25,828 nucleotides of DNA from Chloroflexi bacterium RBG_16_51_16 (GTDB taxonomy: Bacteria; Chloroflexota; Anaerolineae; Anaerolineales; Villigracilaceae), in NCBI GenBank assembly GCA_001796785.1, contig MGNL01000172.1, positions 11,262 through 37,089 of the forward strand, read 5' to 3'. Within the stretch, counting starts at the first letter, position 1, and the number at the start of each line of letters is the position of its first letter. Under the pieces are notes generated by a model that saw nothing but the letters and a program-made list of their open reading frames with translations, was not told where the DNA came from and did no database searches. Made by a program: the position numbers and the translations under genes. This document shows positions 1-8,566 of this stretch, one piece after another.

Positions 1-77
1 CAAGAACTACTCAAATATTACGAGTTGCCGCGTTTGGCTGACTAAATCCCCTGTTGTAGTCGTTCTTAGGACGATCT

Positions 78-2873
78 CTATGTCCCCAGCCACTGGCTTG
101 CTTCCTTCGGCATTGCGTATAGTGATCCCTGGCGGGTTGTACAAGCGGGCAATGATTCTAGGAAAAACCTTCCGTAGGATTTGGTGAGGATGCGACGGTC
201 AAGGATGGCCACCACACCTCGATCCGAAGCCGATCGGATGAGCCTGCCAAATCCCTGGCGAAATTTTAATATTGCTTCCGGCAAATAATACTGATTGAAT
301 GGATCATCATATAGTTCCGAGCGGGCGGCGATCAACGGATCGCTTGGCACGTCAAACGGTAATTTGGTTATCACAACCACGGAGAGCGCCGTACCTGGAA
401 CATCCACACCTTCCCAAAAAGAACGCGTCCCTAGGAGGACAGCTCTCTCGCTAGATTTAAAGGATTCGAGCAGGGCATTGGGAGAAGCTCCTTCGCCCTG
501 TTCATAAACGTAGATATCCTCCCTAGCGAGCGGTGCCGCAATCGCGTGGGAAATCCGACGGAGGGCTGTATAGGAGGTGAAGAGGATCAGCATCCGCCCG
601 CCGCTCGCCCTGGCAAGGTTAACGATGCTCTTCTCCAGATTGAGTTGATAACCCTGCATATTCGGCTCGGGAATATCGTTGGCAATATAGATCAGGGTGC
701 TTGATTCGTAATCGAAGGGCGAACCAAGGGATAGCACTTCCGCTTCGTCCGCAGCCAGAGTATTTTGTAAATATTGAAATTCGCCGTGGGTGGTCAATGT
801 GGCAGAAGTAAGGATGACGCTTGCTTTTTCATGCCACAAATACTTTTCAACCAGCGGACCAACCCGCAACGGTGCTGCATTCAGGGAGAGACGGTCGCCG
901 CGTGGATTGGTTTCAATCCAATAGATTTGGTCTGGTGAAGATTTACTTATCATGCCCGATGTCGAAGTTTCAAAATCATTGAGGCTGCGGATCAACGTTG
1001 AAAGACTGCCGATAACGTCTTCGACCTGATCCATCCCATCGGCATATACTGAAATAATATTCTTATACAATTCACCAAGCGAGGAGAGGAGCTGGCTGAG
1101 GGTTTCCTCAAGCTGGCTCCAGGAGAGGTCTACTTCATCCCACACTGGAAGTGTACGCGTAGCGGGTGTAATCCTGTACTGCCACGCATAACCTGTATCT
1201 GGTTGTCCTTCATGCTGACTGGTTGCGAACTCACTCAGGGTATTAAAAAATTCACGGGCCATTTGTTCAAGGCGGAACGCTTTATTCGTAAGCTTATCGA
1301 TGGCGGCTTTCAATAAGCCAAGCTCGGTTGGAGGGATCAAGGTTTGGACCGAGTCTATCAATCGGCCCAAAATCCCAGAGGACAAACCGCCAAGCTCTCT
1401 CAGAATTCTTTCGAAATTGGATTGGGTCATCCTGAAAGCCAGTGCGTTCGTTGTAGCCGATTCCAGATGATGGGCTTCATCGATGATCAGAAAGTCGTAT
1501 TCCGGCAGGATCCGACTGCCCGTCGAAATGTCCGCCAACAGGAGGGCATGGTTGACAACCAGGAGGTGTGCAACCTGGGCTGACTGGCGCGCACGGTGGA
1601 ATGGACATGATCCGTCCATCCGACCCACACACGTTTCGGTCGTGCAGGCGCTGTCTTCCGCGGAGAGCCTTGCCCAAACCTCCCGTTCTGCTGGTCCCGT
1701 CAACGTGATCGCATTTCGATCTCCACTGTTGTTTTCAAGCTGCCAGACCAATATTTTTGCCAGAACACGAAGTTCATCCAGCGTTGATACGCCATGGGTC
1801 CTGAAATATTCCAACCGCCGAGGACACAGGTAGTTCCCCCGACCTTTCATGACGGCGGAACGGAGTTCCAAATTCAGTGCAGATTGAAGATCGGGAATAT
1901 CTTTCTTTATGAGCTGATCTTGTAAGTTAATGGTATTTGTGGAGATAACCACCCGGGTATTATTCTGAAGCGCAAAAAGTGCAGCAGGTACGAGATAGGC
2001 AAATGATTTTCCAACACCGGTACCTGCTTCCACAAGCAAGTGATTACCTTTGGATAAGGATCGTGTTACGGCTCGCAGCATGGCAACCTGCTCTGGTCGA
2101 TGTTCGTAGAAATCGAAAAATTTCGAGAAGGATCCGCCATATTCCAGGATTGCAGCCGTGTCCTCTTCATCAATCGATTGGGGATGCTCCGGTCTTCCCG
2201 GCAACGCATAGTGTTTATTTGAGCTGGCGATAAGATCAACCTTGTCCCGGGATCGTCCATTCGTTTTCGGGGAAATACTTTTTCCAACCCTGGCTGCCAA
2301 GACTTCGTTGAACAACCACGACGCATCCCAGTCCAACGGTTCGCAGAGGCGGACAATCTCTGCCAGGGTGTCCGAAGGAAGAGATCCAGCGATGTCAACC
2401 AGGCGGACATAACACGCCTGGGTTACCCTGGCATCATCCAAAGCCCGGTGGGTCGCTGGAAGCGGGATTCCGAGTTGTTGGCCGAGGGCGCCCAGGTTAT
2501 ATCTGCTTGCCGATGGCAATAACACAGATGCGAGCTCAAACGTATCCAGGCAGGAATGGTATTTAAATATCCCACCTTTTTGCAGGAAGCTGAGATCAAA
2601 TTTAAGATTATGGCCCAACAGTCTTGCGTCACCTACAAACTCAGCCAGCTGAGGTACGATCCTGGCAAAGTTAGGAGCCTGGCGAAGCATGGCATCGTCG
2701 ATGCCGGTCAATGAGGTTATAAATTCAGGCACATGGCGGTTGGGATTGATCAGGGTGCTGTATTCGTCGGTAATTCTCCGACCGTTGAATTTTACTGCTC
2801 CGATTTCTATGATCGCATCCCGCGATTCATCCAACCCCGTTGTCTCAATATCAATAGCAACGATCGAATCCAT
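78..2873 (-). CDS. dinG: Bifunctional 3'-5' exonuclease / ATP-dependent DNA helicase DinG (DnaQ-like exonuclease domain fused to a Rad3/XPD-family helicase)
   Basis: 931-aa ORF. The N-terminus MDSIVAIDIETTGLDESRDAIIEIGAVKF is a DnaQ exonuclease motif I (DxE). The helicase core has a Walker A (GTGVGKS) and a DEAH box (LIIDEAHH). Four cysteines (C-x59-C-x4-C-x7-C: LCPRR...SACTTETCVGRMDGSCPF) sit between the Walker motifs, as in the Fe-S domain of XPD/DinG helicases. Confidence 0.85.
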   Translation of the reverse strand: MDSIVAIDIETTGLDESRDAIIEIGAVKFNGRRITDEYSTLINPNRHVPEFITSLTGIDDAMLRQAPNFARIVPQLAEFVGDARLLGHNLKFDLSFLQKGGIFKYHSCLDTFELASVLLPSASRYNLGALGQQLGIPLPATHRALDDARVTQACYVRLVDIAGSLPSDTLAEIVRLCEPLDWDASWLFNEVLAARVGKSISPKTNGRSRDKVDLIASSNKHYALPGRPEHPQSIDEEDTAAILEYGGSFSKFFDFYEHRPEQVAMLRAVTRSLSKGNHLLVEAGTGVGKSFAYLVPAALFALQNNTRVVISTNTINLQDQLIKKDIPDLQSALNLELRSAVMKGRGNYLCPRRLEYFRTHGVSTLDELRVLAKILVWQLENNSGDRNAITLTGPAEREVWARLSAEDSACTTETCVGRMDGSCPFHRARQSAQVAHLLVVNHALLLADISTGSRILPEYDFLIIDEAHHLESATTNALAFRMTQSNFERILRELGGLSSGILGRLIDSVQTLIPPTELGLLKAAIDKLTNKAFRLEQMAREFFNTLSEFATSQHEGQPDTGYAWQYRITPATRTLPVWDEVDLSWSQLEETLSQLLSSLGELYKNIISVYADGMDQVEDVIGSLSTLIRSLNDFETSTSGMISKSSPDQIYWIETNPRGDRLSLNAAPLRVGPLVEKYLWHEKASVILTSATLTTHGEFQYLQNTLAADEAEVLSLGSPFDYESSTLIYIANDIPEPNMQGYQLNLEKSIVNLARASGGRMLILFTSYTALRRISHAIAAPLAREDIYVYEQGEGASPNALLESFKSSERAVLLGTRSFWEGVDVPGTALSVVVITKLPFDVPSDPLIAARSELYDDPFNQYYLPEAILKFRQGFGRLIRSASDRGVVAILDRRILTKSYGRFFLESLPACTTRQGSLYAMPKEASQWLGT

Positions 2874-2936
2874 GAAACGAGTGTATCATACCCGCTAGAA
2901 GGAAATTTTTTTCAGGGTAAATAATATCCGCAGTAA

Positions 2937-4364
2937 TTATTTCATCAACGGGCTGTCGGATGCGTTCGCCGGATCTAATGAATCTTGTTGTTCCCCTTTC
3001 ATCCTAATTGTAAAATCGATCATGACGAACAGCAGGCACCATAATAAGATTCGAAAAGTAACTGTGGATGATAGACCATGGCGGTGTAAACCTAATGGTA
3101 CGCCGAAGATGCTTAGAAATAGGGTAGCCGAAGCTGTCAAGAAGGGCCAAGTGGTTAACCACAACCACAAACCTGCATCCGGTTGATTTTTTGTGAAAGT
3201 CCCGGCAACCAGGGGTATGAAAAGAATGCATACCAGGAGGAAAACACCGGGTGAAACAGGATGCAAATAATTTCCCATGATGATCAAGGCTTCTCGATAG
3301 GGATTGTCTCGAACGATGAAATATGGCTGCATATTTTCAAGAAAGGCATAATTCAAATCTTCAAAATAATTCGCGATCGTATAACCGGGGTGAGCAAGCA
3401 GGAAGAGCATGTAGGTAGTATCGGCGTGATTCTTGAACCAATCCTGAAATTCGGGAGAATCTTGTTCTGGCATGCCCCGATCAGTAAAAAATTGGGCGCG
3501 GGCGGGAAATGGCATAAGATCGATCTCCCAGATGATACTTAAATTACGGCCGACTGGCGGCCTTTGGCGCACGGATAGGACGCCGACGATGAATAATAAA
3601 CTGACCAGAGATCCAGCGATAAGGATGAACGGTTTCCATCGGAATTTTGGGAAGGCAAATAGACCCCAGAGAAAGAACTGAAGAAAGACCATTGCATATG
3701 GATTTACGTCGCGGACGAACGTCCATAAGAAAATGGAGGCGAAAAAGAGGAGGAAGAATATTATCGTGATTGGAGTGGGTTTAGTGTGATGAACAGATTG
3801 GAATGCGAGCTCAATAAAGAGAGCAAACGCCAGGACAAAAAGAGAGATGCTTAATGATTCCGTTCCTAATACACTGTCCCAGTCAGCAACCTGAGGTGTA
3901 AATCCAAAAAGGACGATCACACCCGCTGCAATTATCTTTACAGTCGAACTCTTTAATTTTGAGGAAAATATCCACGCGAGGGACGACCATGCCAGGATCG
4001 ATAGGAGGGACTGAAACGTCGCAATATCGTCAAAACCAGGGCGATCCCTTCTGCTGATCGTGCCAGTGTTTATGTTCGATACACGTCCCAATTGGTAACC
4101 CCCTTCGGGCTTGAACACTTGGTAGGTCAAGTTGGTAGTGAAGGGCAGGTTTGTAGTGAACGCTTTCCAGGAGAGCAAATTTACTTCGGACGAAGTGATG
4201 TAGGCATGGGTATCCGTATGGGCTACGGATAATCCGAGGTCGCCATAGACGGTGGCCCTCCAGAATGCGGCGCCAAGAATGATGCATAAGACAACTACAT
4301 TCGTAACCAGGCCTTTCTGATTTAGTGTCCATCGATGAGTCAATGCAATAAATTTTTCTTTCAT
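2937..4364 (-). CDS. Polytopic integral membrane protein, paralog A (uncharacterised; possibly GT-C-like glycosyltransferase fold)
   Basis: 475-aa ORF with one N-terminal TM, an extracytoplasmic segment of about 75 aa, then multiple TM helices and a large hydrophilic loop. It shares clear motifs with the adjacent 475-aa ORF (YGDLxLSVA, LLSWKxF, TTNLxY, FGFTPxxAxWxSxLxxESLxISLF, WxFxRD, DRGMPExxSPxxQxW, HPG, QPYF). Its ATG lies 1 nt after the upstream gene's TGA (TGAgATG). Confidence 0.6.
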   Translation of the reverse strand: MKEKFIALTHRWTLNQKGLVTNVVVLCIILGAAFWRATVYGDLGLSVAHTDTHAYITSSEVNLLSWKAFTTNLPFTTNLTYQVFKPEGGYQLGRVSNINTGTISRRDRPGFDDIATFQSLLSILAWSSLAWIFSSKLKSSTVKIIAAGVIVLFGFTPQVADWDSVLGTESLSISLFVLAFALFIELAFQSVHHTKPTPITIIFFLLFFASIFLWTFVRDVNPYAMVFLQFFLWGLFAFPKFRWKPFILIAGSLVSLLFIVGVLSVRQRPPVGRNLSIIWEIDLMPFPARAQFFTDRGMPEQDSPEFQDWFKNHADTTYMLFLLAHPGYTIANYFEDLNYAFLENMQPYFIVRDNPYREALIIMGNYLHPVSPGVFLLVCILFIPLVAGTFTKNQPDAGLWLWLTTWPFLTASATLFLSIFGVPLGLHRHGLSSTVTFRILLWCLLFVMIDFTIRMKGEQQDSLDPANASDSPLMK

Positions 4365-4365
4365 C

Positions 4366-5793
4366 TCAAAACTTTTTTTCCAAATCAGCAGACCGGCTCT
4401 TTCCGTTCTGTTTATCTAATACTTGTTGCGTTTCCGTTATCCGCTCAGGTTGCCGGCGGACAAAGTGATCGATAAACAGGAACGATGCAAGCCAAACGAA
4501 CAAACGCAGCATTTCAACGGATGGAAAAATGTGCCGCCGTGTTCCAGCCACATCACCAAAAAAAGTGATGAATAGCGTGACGGCAGTAGCCAGTAGGAAC
4601 CAGGCTGCCATCCAGGCGAGAACAATGGCTTGCCTATCCCTCCGAATTAAAGCAGCCAGAAGAAAACCGGCAATTAAAATCACCGAGATGAGAAAAATCG
4701 TCAGGGTCCGTGGATGGATGAACTCGCCAACCAGGAACAGACTATCGTAGTAGGGAACCCCCTTCGTCTTGAAGTACGGCTGGAGATAATCTGATGAGAA
4801 ATAGTCCTTGTGTTCGAGGAGCGTTGACATTACGAAACCGGGGTGAGACATTAAGAAGGTTCCATATATACCTGCGAGATGTGTATCCATCCAGGCCTGC
4901 AAATCCGGCGAGTTGAGTTCAGGCATACCGCGATCATAAAAATATGCCAGGCGGCTCGGATACGGAGCTATATAAAAATTGAATGAATTTGTCACCGGAT
5001 AGTACGTAGCTCTCAGACTGTCCCTGGCTGAGCGATAGCCTATTGCGAACACAGCGAAAAAGATTAGAACGATACCGGCAATGAGTTTTGTTTTCTTTTG
5101 ATCAGGAAAAAATGAAATCAGAATGACAAGTAATCCAGTGATGGGAATCGTGTAGAGATGGGCATCCCGGATAAATATCCAACCTAAATAAAAAGCCATC
5201 CATGGAGCGATAAGCAGACTAATCCTCCGTGAGGTTAATTTATCACTGGCATAAGCGATCTGATGACCGATCGCCAGCAGGATTGCATAAGTGAGGATGA
5301 ACAAGCTGATGGTAAGTGATTCCGGGCTGAGAATACTCTCCCATTCTGCTATTTCGGGAGTAAAACCAAAGGTTAGAATGGTCACAATAACAGCCAGCTT
5401 AAGGAATGGATTTATTATCCATAGCGAAAAGGTATAAGCCAGAGCACACCAGCTCAGGATCGCTAAAATATTTTGGAAAAACACGGTACCTACAAAACAT
5501 CGTTGAACAACCCGCTTTGATTCCTGTCCAATGCCGGGCATGCTGCGCGGAACACGCTCACATTCAGAATCAGTAACGGTTAACTTGTAAAGAAGATTAG
5601 TTGTCAGGAGCCTTTCGCCTGCAAATACTTTCCAGGATAAAAGTGGATTCCTGGAAGATCTGACATAACTCGGTGTATCCGGTGTGGCTACCGAGAGGCG
5701 TAGATCTCCGTAGGCGAGGATCCGGAACAGGCTGCCCAGACAAAGGAGGGAAAGTATGGCGACCGTAATCCAGGTCAACCTGGGAGGCTTCAC
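4366..5793 (-). CDS. Polytopic integral membrane protein, paralog B (tandem duplicate of 2937..4364)
   Basis: 475-aa ORF with the same length and architecture as paralog A and shared motifs. It starts at GTG with a GAGGTGA Shine-Dalgarno 4-5 nt upstream, and sits 8 nt downstream of the NERD gene stop. Confidence 0.6.
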   Translation of the reverse strand: MKPPRLTWITVAILSLLCLGSLFRILAYGDLRLSVATPDTPSYVRSSRNPLLSWKVFAGERLLTTNLLYKLTVTDSECERVPRSMPGIGQESKRVVQRCFVGTVFFQNILAILSWCALAYTFSLWIINPFLKLAVIVTILTFGFTPEIAEWESILSPESLTISLFILTYAILLAIGHQIAYASDKLTSRRISLLIAPWMAFYLGWIFIRDAHLYTIPITGLLVILISFFPDQKKTKLIAGIVLIFFAVFAIGYRSARDSLRATYYPVTNSFNFYIAPYPSRLAYFYDRGMPELNSPDLQAWMDTHLAGIYGTFLMSHPGFVMSTLLEHKDYFSSDYLQPYFKTKGVPYYDSLFLVGEFIHPRTLTIFLISVILIAGFLLAALIRRDRQAIVLAWMAAWFLLATAVTLFITFFGDVAGTRRHIFPSVEMLRLFVWLASFLFIDHFVRRQPERITETQQVLDKQNGKSRSADLEKKF

Positions 5794-5801
5794 GGATCAC
5801 C

Positions 5802-6497
5802 TCATGAATTTTGAAAAATCTTATTCAGGCGATCAAGTTCCAATGACCCCAATTTCTTCTCCCTGGCTTTATTACGGAAGAATTCCTTCAGTTGTTTTAT
5901 CTTCAAAGCCATCAGTGGCGAATCACCCGGATCGAGTTCGACCTCATTATTTGTGAATGTCATCACCGCCTGGATTTCCGGGACGGTGCCGCCTTCCGAG
6001 TGTTTCTCAAGAAACTTTTTAAGCATGGCGATGTGATGTTCTGCGTCCAAATCCGGCCTGCCAAGACCTTCCTGACCAAATATCCGGAGGTAGTTTTGCA
6101 GGAAGCCTCCTCCGCTCATTTTCCATCGGTTATTAGTGTAAATGATATGTCCTTTTTGGTGGTAAGGCATGAGGATCCAAACACCTGCTGGACCGATCAC
6201 TAAATGAGGGACAGAGGTTGAATAATGGAAGATTACAAAATCACCAGGAAGTCCCTTCAATCCGGCGTCCAGTTTTTCATCCGGGCGAGGTGAACGACCA
6301 AATCGGTTCCCGTAGTACATGGAAACTTGGGTAAGTAGGAAACCCACTAGCAATGCGGCAAGGGAATAACTGAATAATTCAGGTTTCTGAAAAGAAATAT
6401 ACATCCCGCCGGCGAGGACTGCCAATCCAGCCAGGCTGGTCCATTGGCCGATCCGACCGTTTCTTTTGATCAGTTTTTCATTTTTAATTATGTTCAT
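5802..6497 (-). CDS. NERD (nuclease-related domain) protein, membrane-anchored by two N-terminal TM helices
   Basis: 231-aa ORF. Hydrophobic helices (WTSLAGLAVLAGGMYISF and YSLAALLVGFLLTQVSMYY) are followed by a NERD-like core (GDFVIFHYSTSVPHLVIGPAGVWILMPYHQKGHIIY). Its start ATG overlaps the plsX stop (ATGA), which implies translational coupling. Confidence 0.5.
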   Translation of the reverse strand: MNIIKNEKLIKRNGRIGQWTSLAGLAVLAGGMYISFQKPELFSYSLAALLVGFLLTQVSMYYGNRFGRSPRPDEKLDAGLKGLPGDFVIFHYSTSVPHLVIGPAGVWILMPYHQKGHIIYTNNRWKMSGGGFLQNYLRIFGQEGLGRPDLDAEHHIAMLKKFLEKHSEGGTVPEIQAVMTFTNNEVELDPGDSPLMALKIKQLKEFFRNKAREKKLGSLELDRLNKIFQNS

Positions 6498-7546
6498 AAT
6501 AGATTATTTCCACCGTCCGTTTTTGGATTTTGGGATTTTAAATTCTCTTCGATCGCGAGTTTCAATGCAGAGAGCAGACCGGAATCCACAGCATCCCTTG
6601 CGACCCGGATCGCATTTTTTATTGCAAAGGCATCCGATCGACCGTGTCCAATGAAAACCAGCCCATTCACACCCAGGAGGGGGGCAGCACCGTATTCACC
6701 CGGGTCCAACAGTCTTTTTACTTTTCCAAGGGCCGGCCGGACGAGGGCGCCTCCGAGTAATGCCAGCGGCCCTCCCGATTTGATAGCCGTTCTTATGTTA
6801 TCCACAATAAGTTTAGCCACGGCTTCGGAAGTCTTTAAGATGATATTTCCTGTAAAGCCATCCGTCACGGCGACATCCACCACTCCGCCGATCACTTCTT
6901 TGCCTTCCACATTACCGTAATAATTCAACTCCGATTTTTTAAGCAAGGGCGTGGTCGATCTGACCAATTCGTTTCCCTTGCCCTCTTCCTCTCCATTAGA
7001 TACCAACCCAACCTTGGGCAGTTTTACGCCTCTTACTTTTTCTGCATAAACGCTGCCCATGATTGCGAATTGAAGAAGATTCTCGGGTTTACAATCCGGA
7101 TTGGCACCAATATCGATCACAACACTTGAACCGGTAGCAGTGGGGAATGAGGGCGCGAGCGCGGGTCGGTCAACGCCCCGCATCCGACCGAGACGAAATA
7201 ACGCAGTCAACATGGCTGCGCCGGTGTTCCCTGCGGTTACAAAAGCATCCGCTTCACCTTTTTTTACCAGGTCAATCCCGATCGCCATGGAATTGTTTGC
7301 ATCCTTGTGCCTGGCCTTGAGAGCAAGCTCTTCTCCCTTATCCTCCATCGTGAGCATTTCTGGAGCATGAACGACCCGGATGGATATCCCACTGGTTTGG
7401 CGGGTGGTTAGAACAGGGTTGATCAATGCCTCATCTCCCACGAGAACGATCTCCACACCGTATTCCCTGGCAGCTGAGAGAGAACCTTCGATATCGGGTG
7501 TGGGATGATCGTCACTACCCATGGCATCGACAACGATGCGGGTCAT
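6494..7546 (-). CDS. plsX: Phosphate:acyl-ACP acyltransferase PlsX
   Basis: 350-aa ORF. The N-terminus MTRIVVDAMGSDDHPTPDIEGSLSAAREYGVEIVLVGDE matches the conserved PlsX N-terminus (VDAMGGDHAP...LVGD). Length and glycine-rich segments are typical of PlsX. Confidence 0.85.
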   Translation of the reverse strand: MTRIVVDAMGSDDHPTPDIEGSLSAAREYGVEIVLVGDEALINPVLTTRQTSGISIRVVHAPEMLTMEDKGEELALKARHKDANNSMAIGIDLVKKGEADAFVTAGNTGAAMLTALFRLGRMRGVDRPALAPSFPTATGSSVVIDIGANPDCKPENLLQFAIMGSVYAEKVRGVKLPKVGLVSNGEEEGKGNELVRSTTPLLKKSELNYYGNVEGKEVIGGVVDVAVTDGFTGNIILKTSEAVAKLIVDNIRTAIKSGGPLALLGGALVRPALGKVKRLLDPGEYGAAPLLGVNGLVFIGHGRSDAFAIKNAIRVARDAVDSGLLSALKLAIEENLKSQNPKTDGGNNLL

Positions 7547-7607
7547 CTTTCCTCCTCGAAAACGATCGGGATGTTGTAAGTATTTCCGTGATTATTTCTT
7601 GAATTTC

Positions 7608-7635
7608 TTGACAGGCAAAGCAAGCCGATTATAAT
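7608..7635 (+). promoter_or_regulatory. Near-consensus sigma70 promoter driving tRNA-Leu (TTGACA-N16-TATAAT)
   Basis: TTGACA at 7608-7613, a 16-nt spacer, and TATAAT at 7630-7635. The tRNA 5' end is 10 nt downstream. Confidence 0.55.
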
Positions 7636-7645
7636 ACGCCTGCTT

Positions 7646-7727
7646 GCGCTGGTGCTGGAATTGGCAGACAGGCATGGTTGAGGGCCATGTGCCGCAAGGC
7701 GTGGAGGTTCAAGTCCTCTCCAGCGCA
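7646..7727 (+). tRNA. tRNA-Leu (anticodon GAG), class II tRNA with long variable arm, no encoded CCA
   Basis: Hand-folded cloverleaf. Acceptor stem GCGCTGG/CCAGCGC with discriminator A. 3-bp D-stem CTG/CAG with a GG in the D-loop. Anticodon stem CATGG/CCATG with loop TTGAGGG (anticodon GAG). Variable arm stem GCC-GCAA-GGC. T-arm GGAGG-TTCAAGT-CCTCT. Length 82 nt. Confidence 0.8.
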
Positions 7728-7742
7728 CTGTTAAAGACCAGA

Positions 7743-7777
7743 GATGTCACCGGGATTTTCCCGGGACATCTTTTTTT
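7743..7777 (+). terminator. Rho-independent terminator downstream of tRNA-Leu
   Basis: GC-rich hairpin GATGTCaCCGGG-ATTTT-CCCGGGACATC (about 11 bp, one bulged A) immediately followed by TTTTTTT. Confidence 0.7.
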
Positions 7778-7797
7778 ATTATCATCAGAACTAAACA

Positions 7798-8559
7798 TCA
7801 CTCGATGATAAGGCTGCAGCATGTAAGTGCACCCTCAGCCTTTGCGAATTCGCTGAATTCGAGGTCCCTAACTGTAAATCCGTTTGATCTAATTTTATCC
7901 AGGGTCTCCGGATAATCCGAAGGAAAAAGGATCGTCCCTCCGATAGGCAGGCAATTTGCAGCAAATGGCTCGGTGTCATCGACCGTGATCAAGTTATATG
8001 CGTGAAACGTACCGGGATCTACCCAATCTGGATTGATCAAGAGAGTGCGGTCATCCAATCGTGTTATTGCCGATTTTAAATGAAGGCAATTATGAAATTC
8101 AACCGGTTCGGTATCGTAGCCCATCCCGGTTACCCGGGCTTTCATTTGGTCGATCGCTTTTTTGTCGGTCCGCGAGGATAACCCTATGTAGATTTTATCG
8201 CCGACCACGAGCACATCCCCACCATCCATCATAGCAGGGGGATCGATATATTCAAGTTTTCGTAAATGGCGCATGGCAGCCGCGATCGTGCTGACCTCCG
8301 CCCTGCGCGAAACCGCACCAGGACGTGTTATGAAGGCACATTCTGGGAGAACAACAGCCGTGTCTTCTACAAAAACTGAATCGGGGAGGTTAGGTTCGGA
8401 CTGCAATTCAAGCACATTGCAGCCGAGGGTTTTTAGTACGGCAATATAATTATTGTGTTGAAGCCTGGCAAGCTCCAGATCGATCGGGGTACGTTCGATG
8501 AAAGTAAGTTCGCATTCGGGAAAACGGGGACTAACCTGGCGTGCGATCGCCGTCAGCAT
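7798..8559 (-). CDS. N(G),N(G)-dimethylarginine dimethylaminohydrolase (DDAH; amidinotransferase/pentein superfamily)
   Basis: 253-aa ORF. Motif-by-motif similarity to bacterial DDAH: LPDSVFVEDT, AFITRPGAVSRRAE, CLHLKS, FAANCLPIGGTILFPSDYPETLDKI, and the C-terminal catalytic-Cys motif GALTCCSLII (cf. Pseudomonas DDAH ...GGVSCMSLRF). The length also matches (about 254 aa). Confidence 0.8.
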   Translation of the reverse strand: MLTAIARQVSPRFPECELTFIERTPIDLELARLQHNNYIAVLKTLGCNVLELQSEPNLPDSVFVEDTAVVLPECAFITRPGAVSRRAEVSTIAAAMRHLRKLEYIDPPAMMDGGDVLVVGDKIYIGLSSRTDKKAIDQMKARVTGMGYDTEPVEFHNCLHLKSAITRLDDRTLLINPDWVDPGTFHAYNLITVDDTEPFAANCLPIGGTILFPSDYPETLDKIRSNGFTVRDLEFSEFAKAEGALTCCSLIIE

Positions 8560-8566
8560 CAGGAAT

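Noticed and set aside
6444-6920. 158-aa plus-strand ORF, and many other 60-180 aa ORFs in the track (for example 1483..1833, 8967..9515, 10142..10606, 11906..12376, 20397..20762)
   Set aside because: All lie antisense to, or out of frame within, long confidently assigned genes (plsX, dinG, ABC genes, AOR, proS). Their translations are low-complexity and Arg/Ser/Pro-rich, as expected for shadow ORFs in GC-moderate DNA. They have no Shine-Dalgarno and no recognisable motifs.
7543-7728. 61-aa minus-strand ORF overlapping the tRNA-Leu gene and its promoter
   Set aside because: It overlaps a well-folded tRNA on the opposite strand. There is no Shine-Dalgarno, and the sequence is Arg-rich junk typical of an antisense tRNA reading.
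7547-7797. Possible genomic island or prophage integration at the tRNA-Leu gene
   Set aside because: No integrase, recombinase or phage genes and no duplicated tRNA 3' fragment are visible anywhere in the window. The flanking genes are ordinary metabolic operons.
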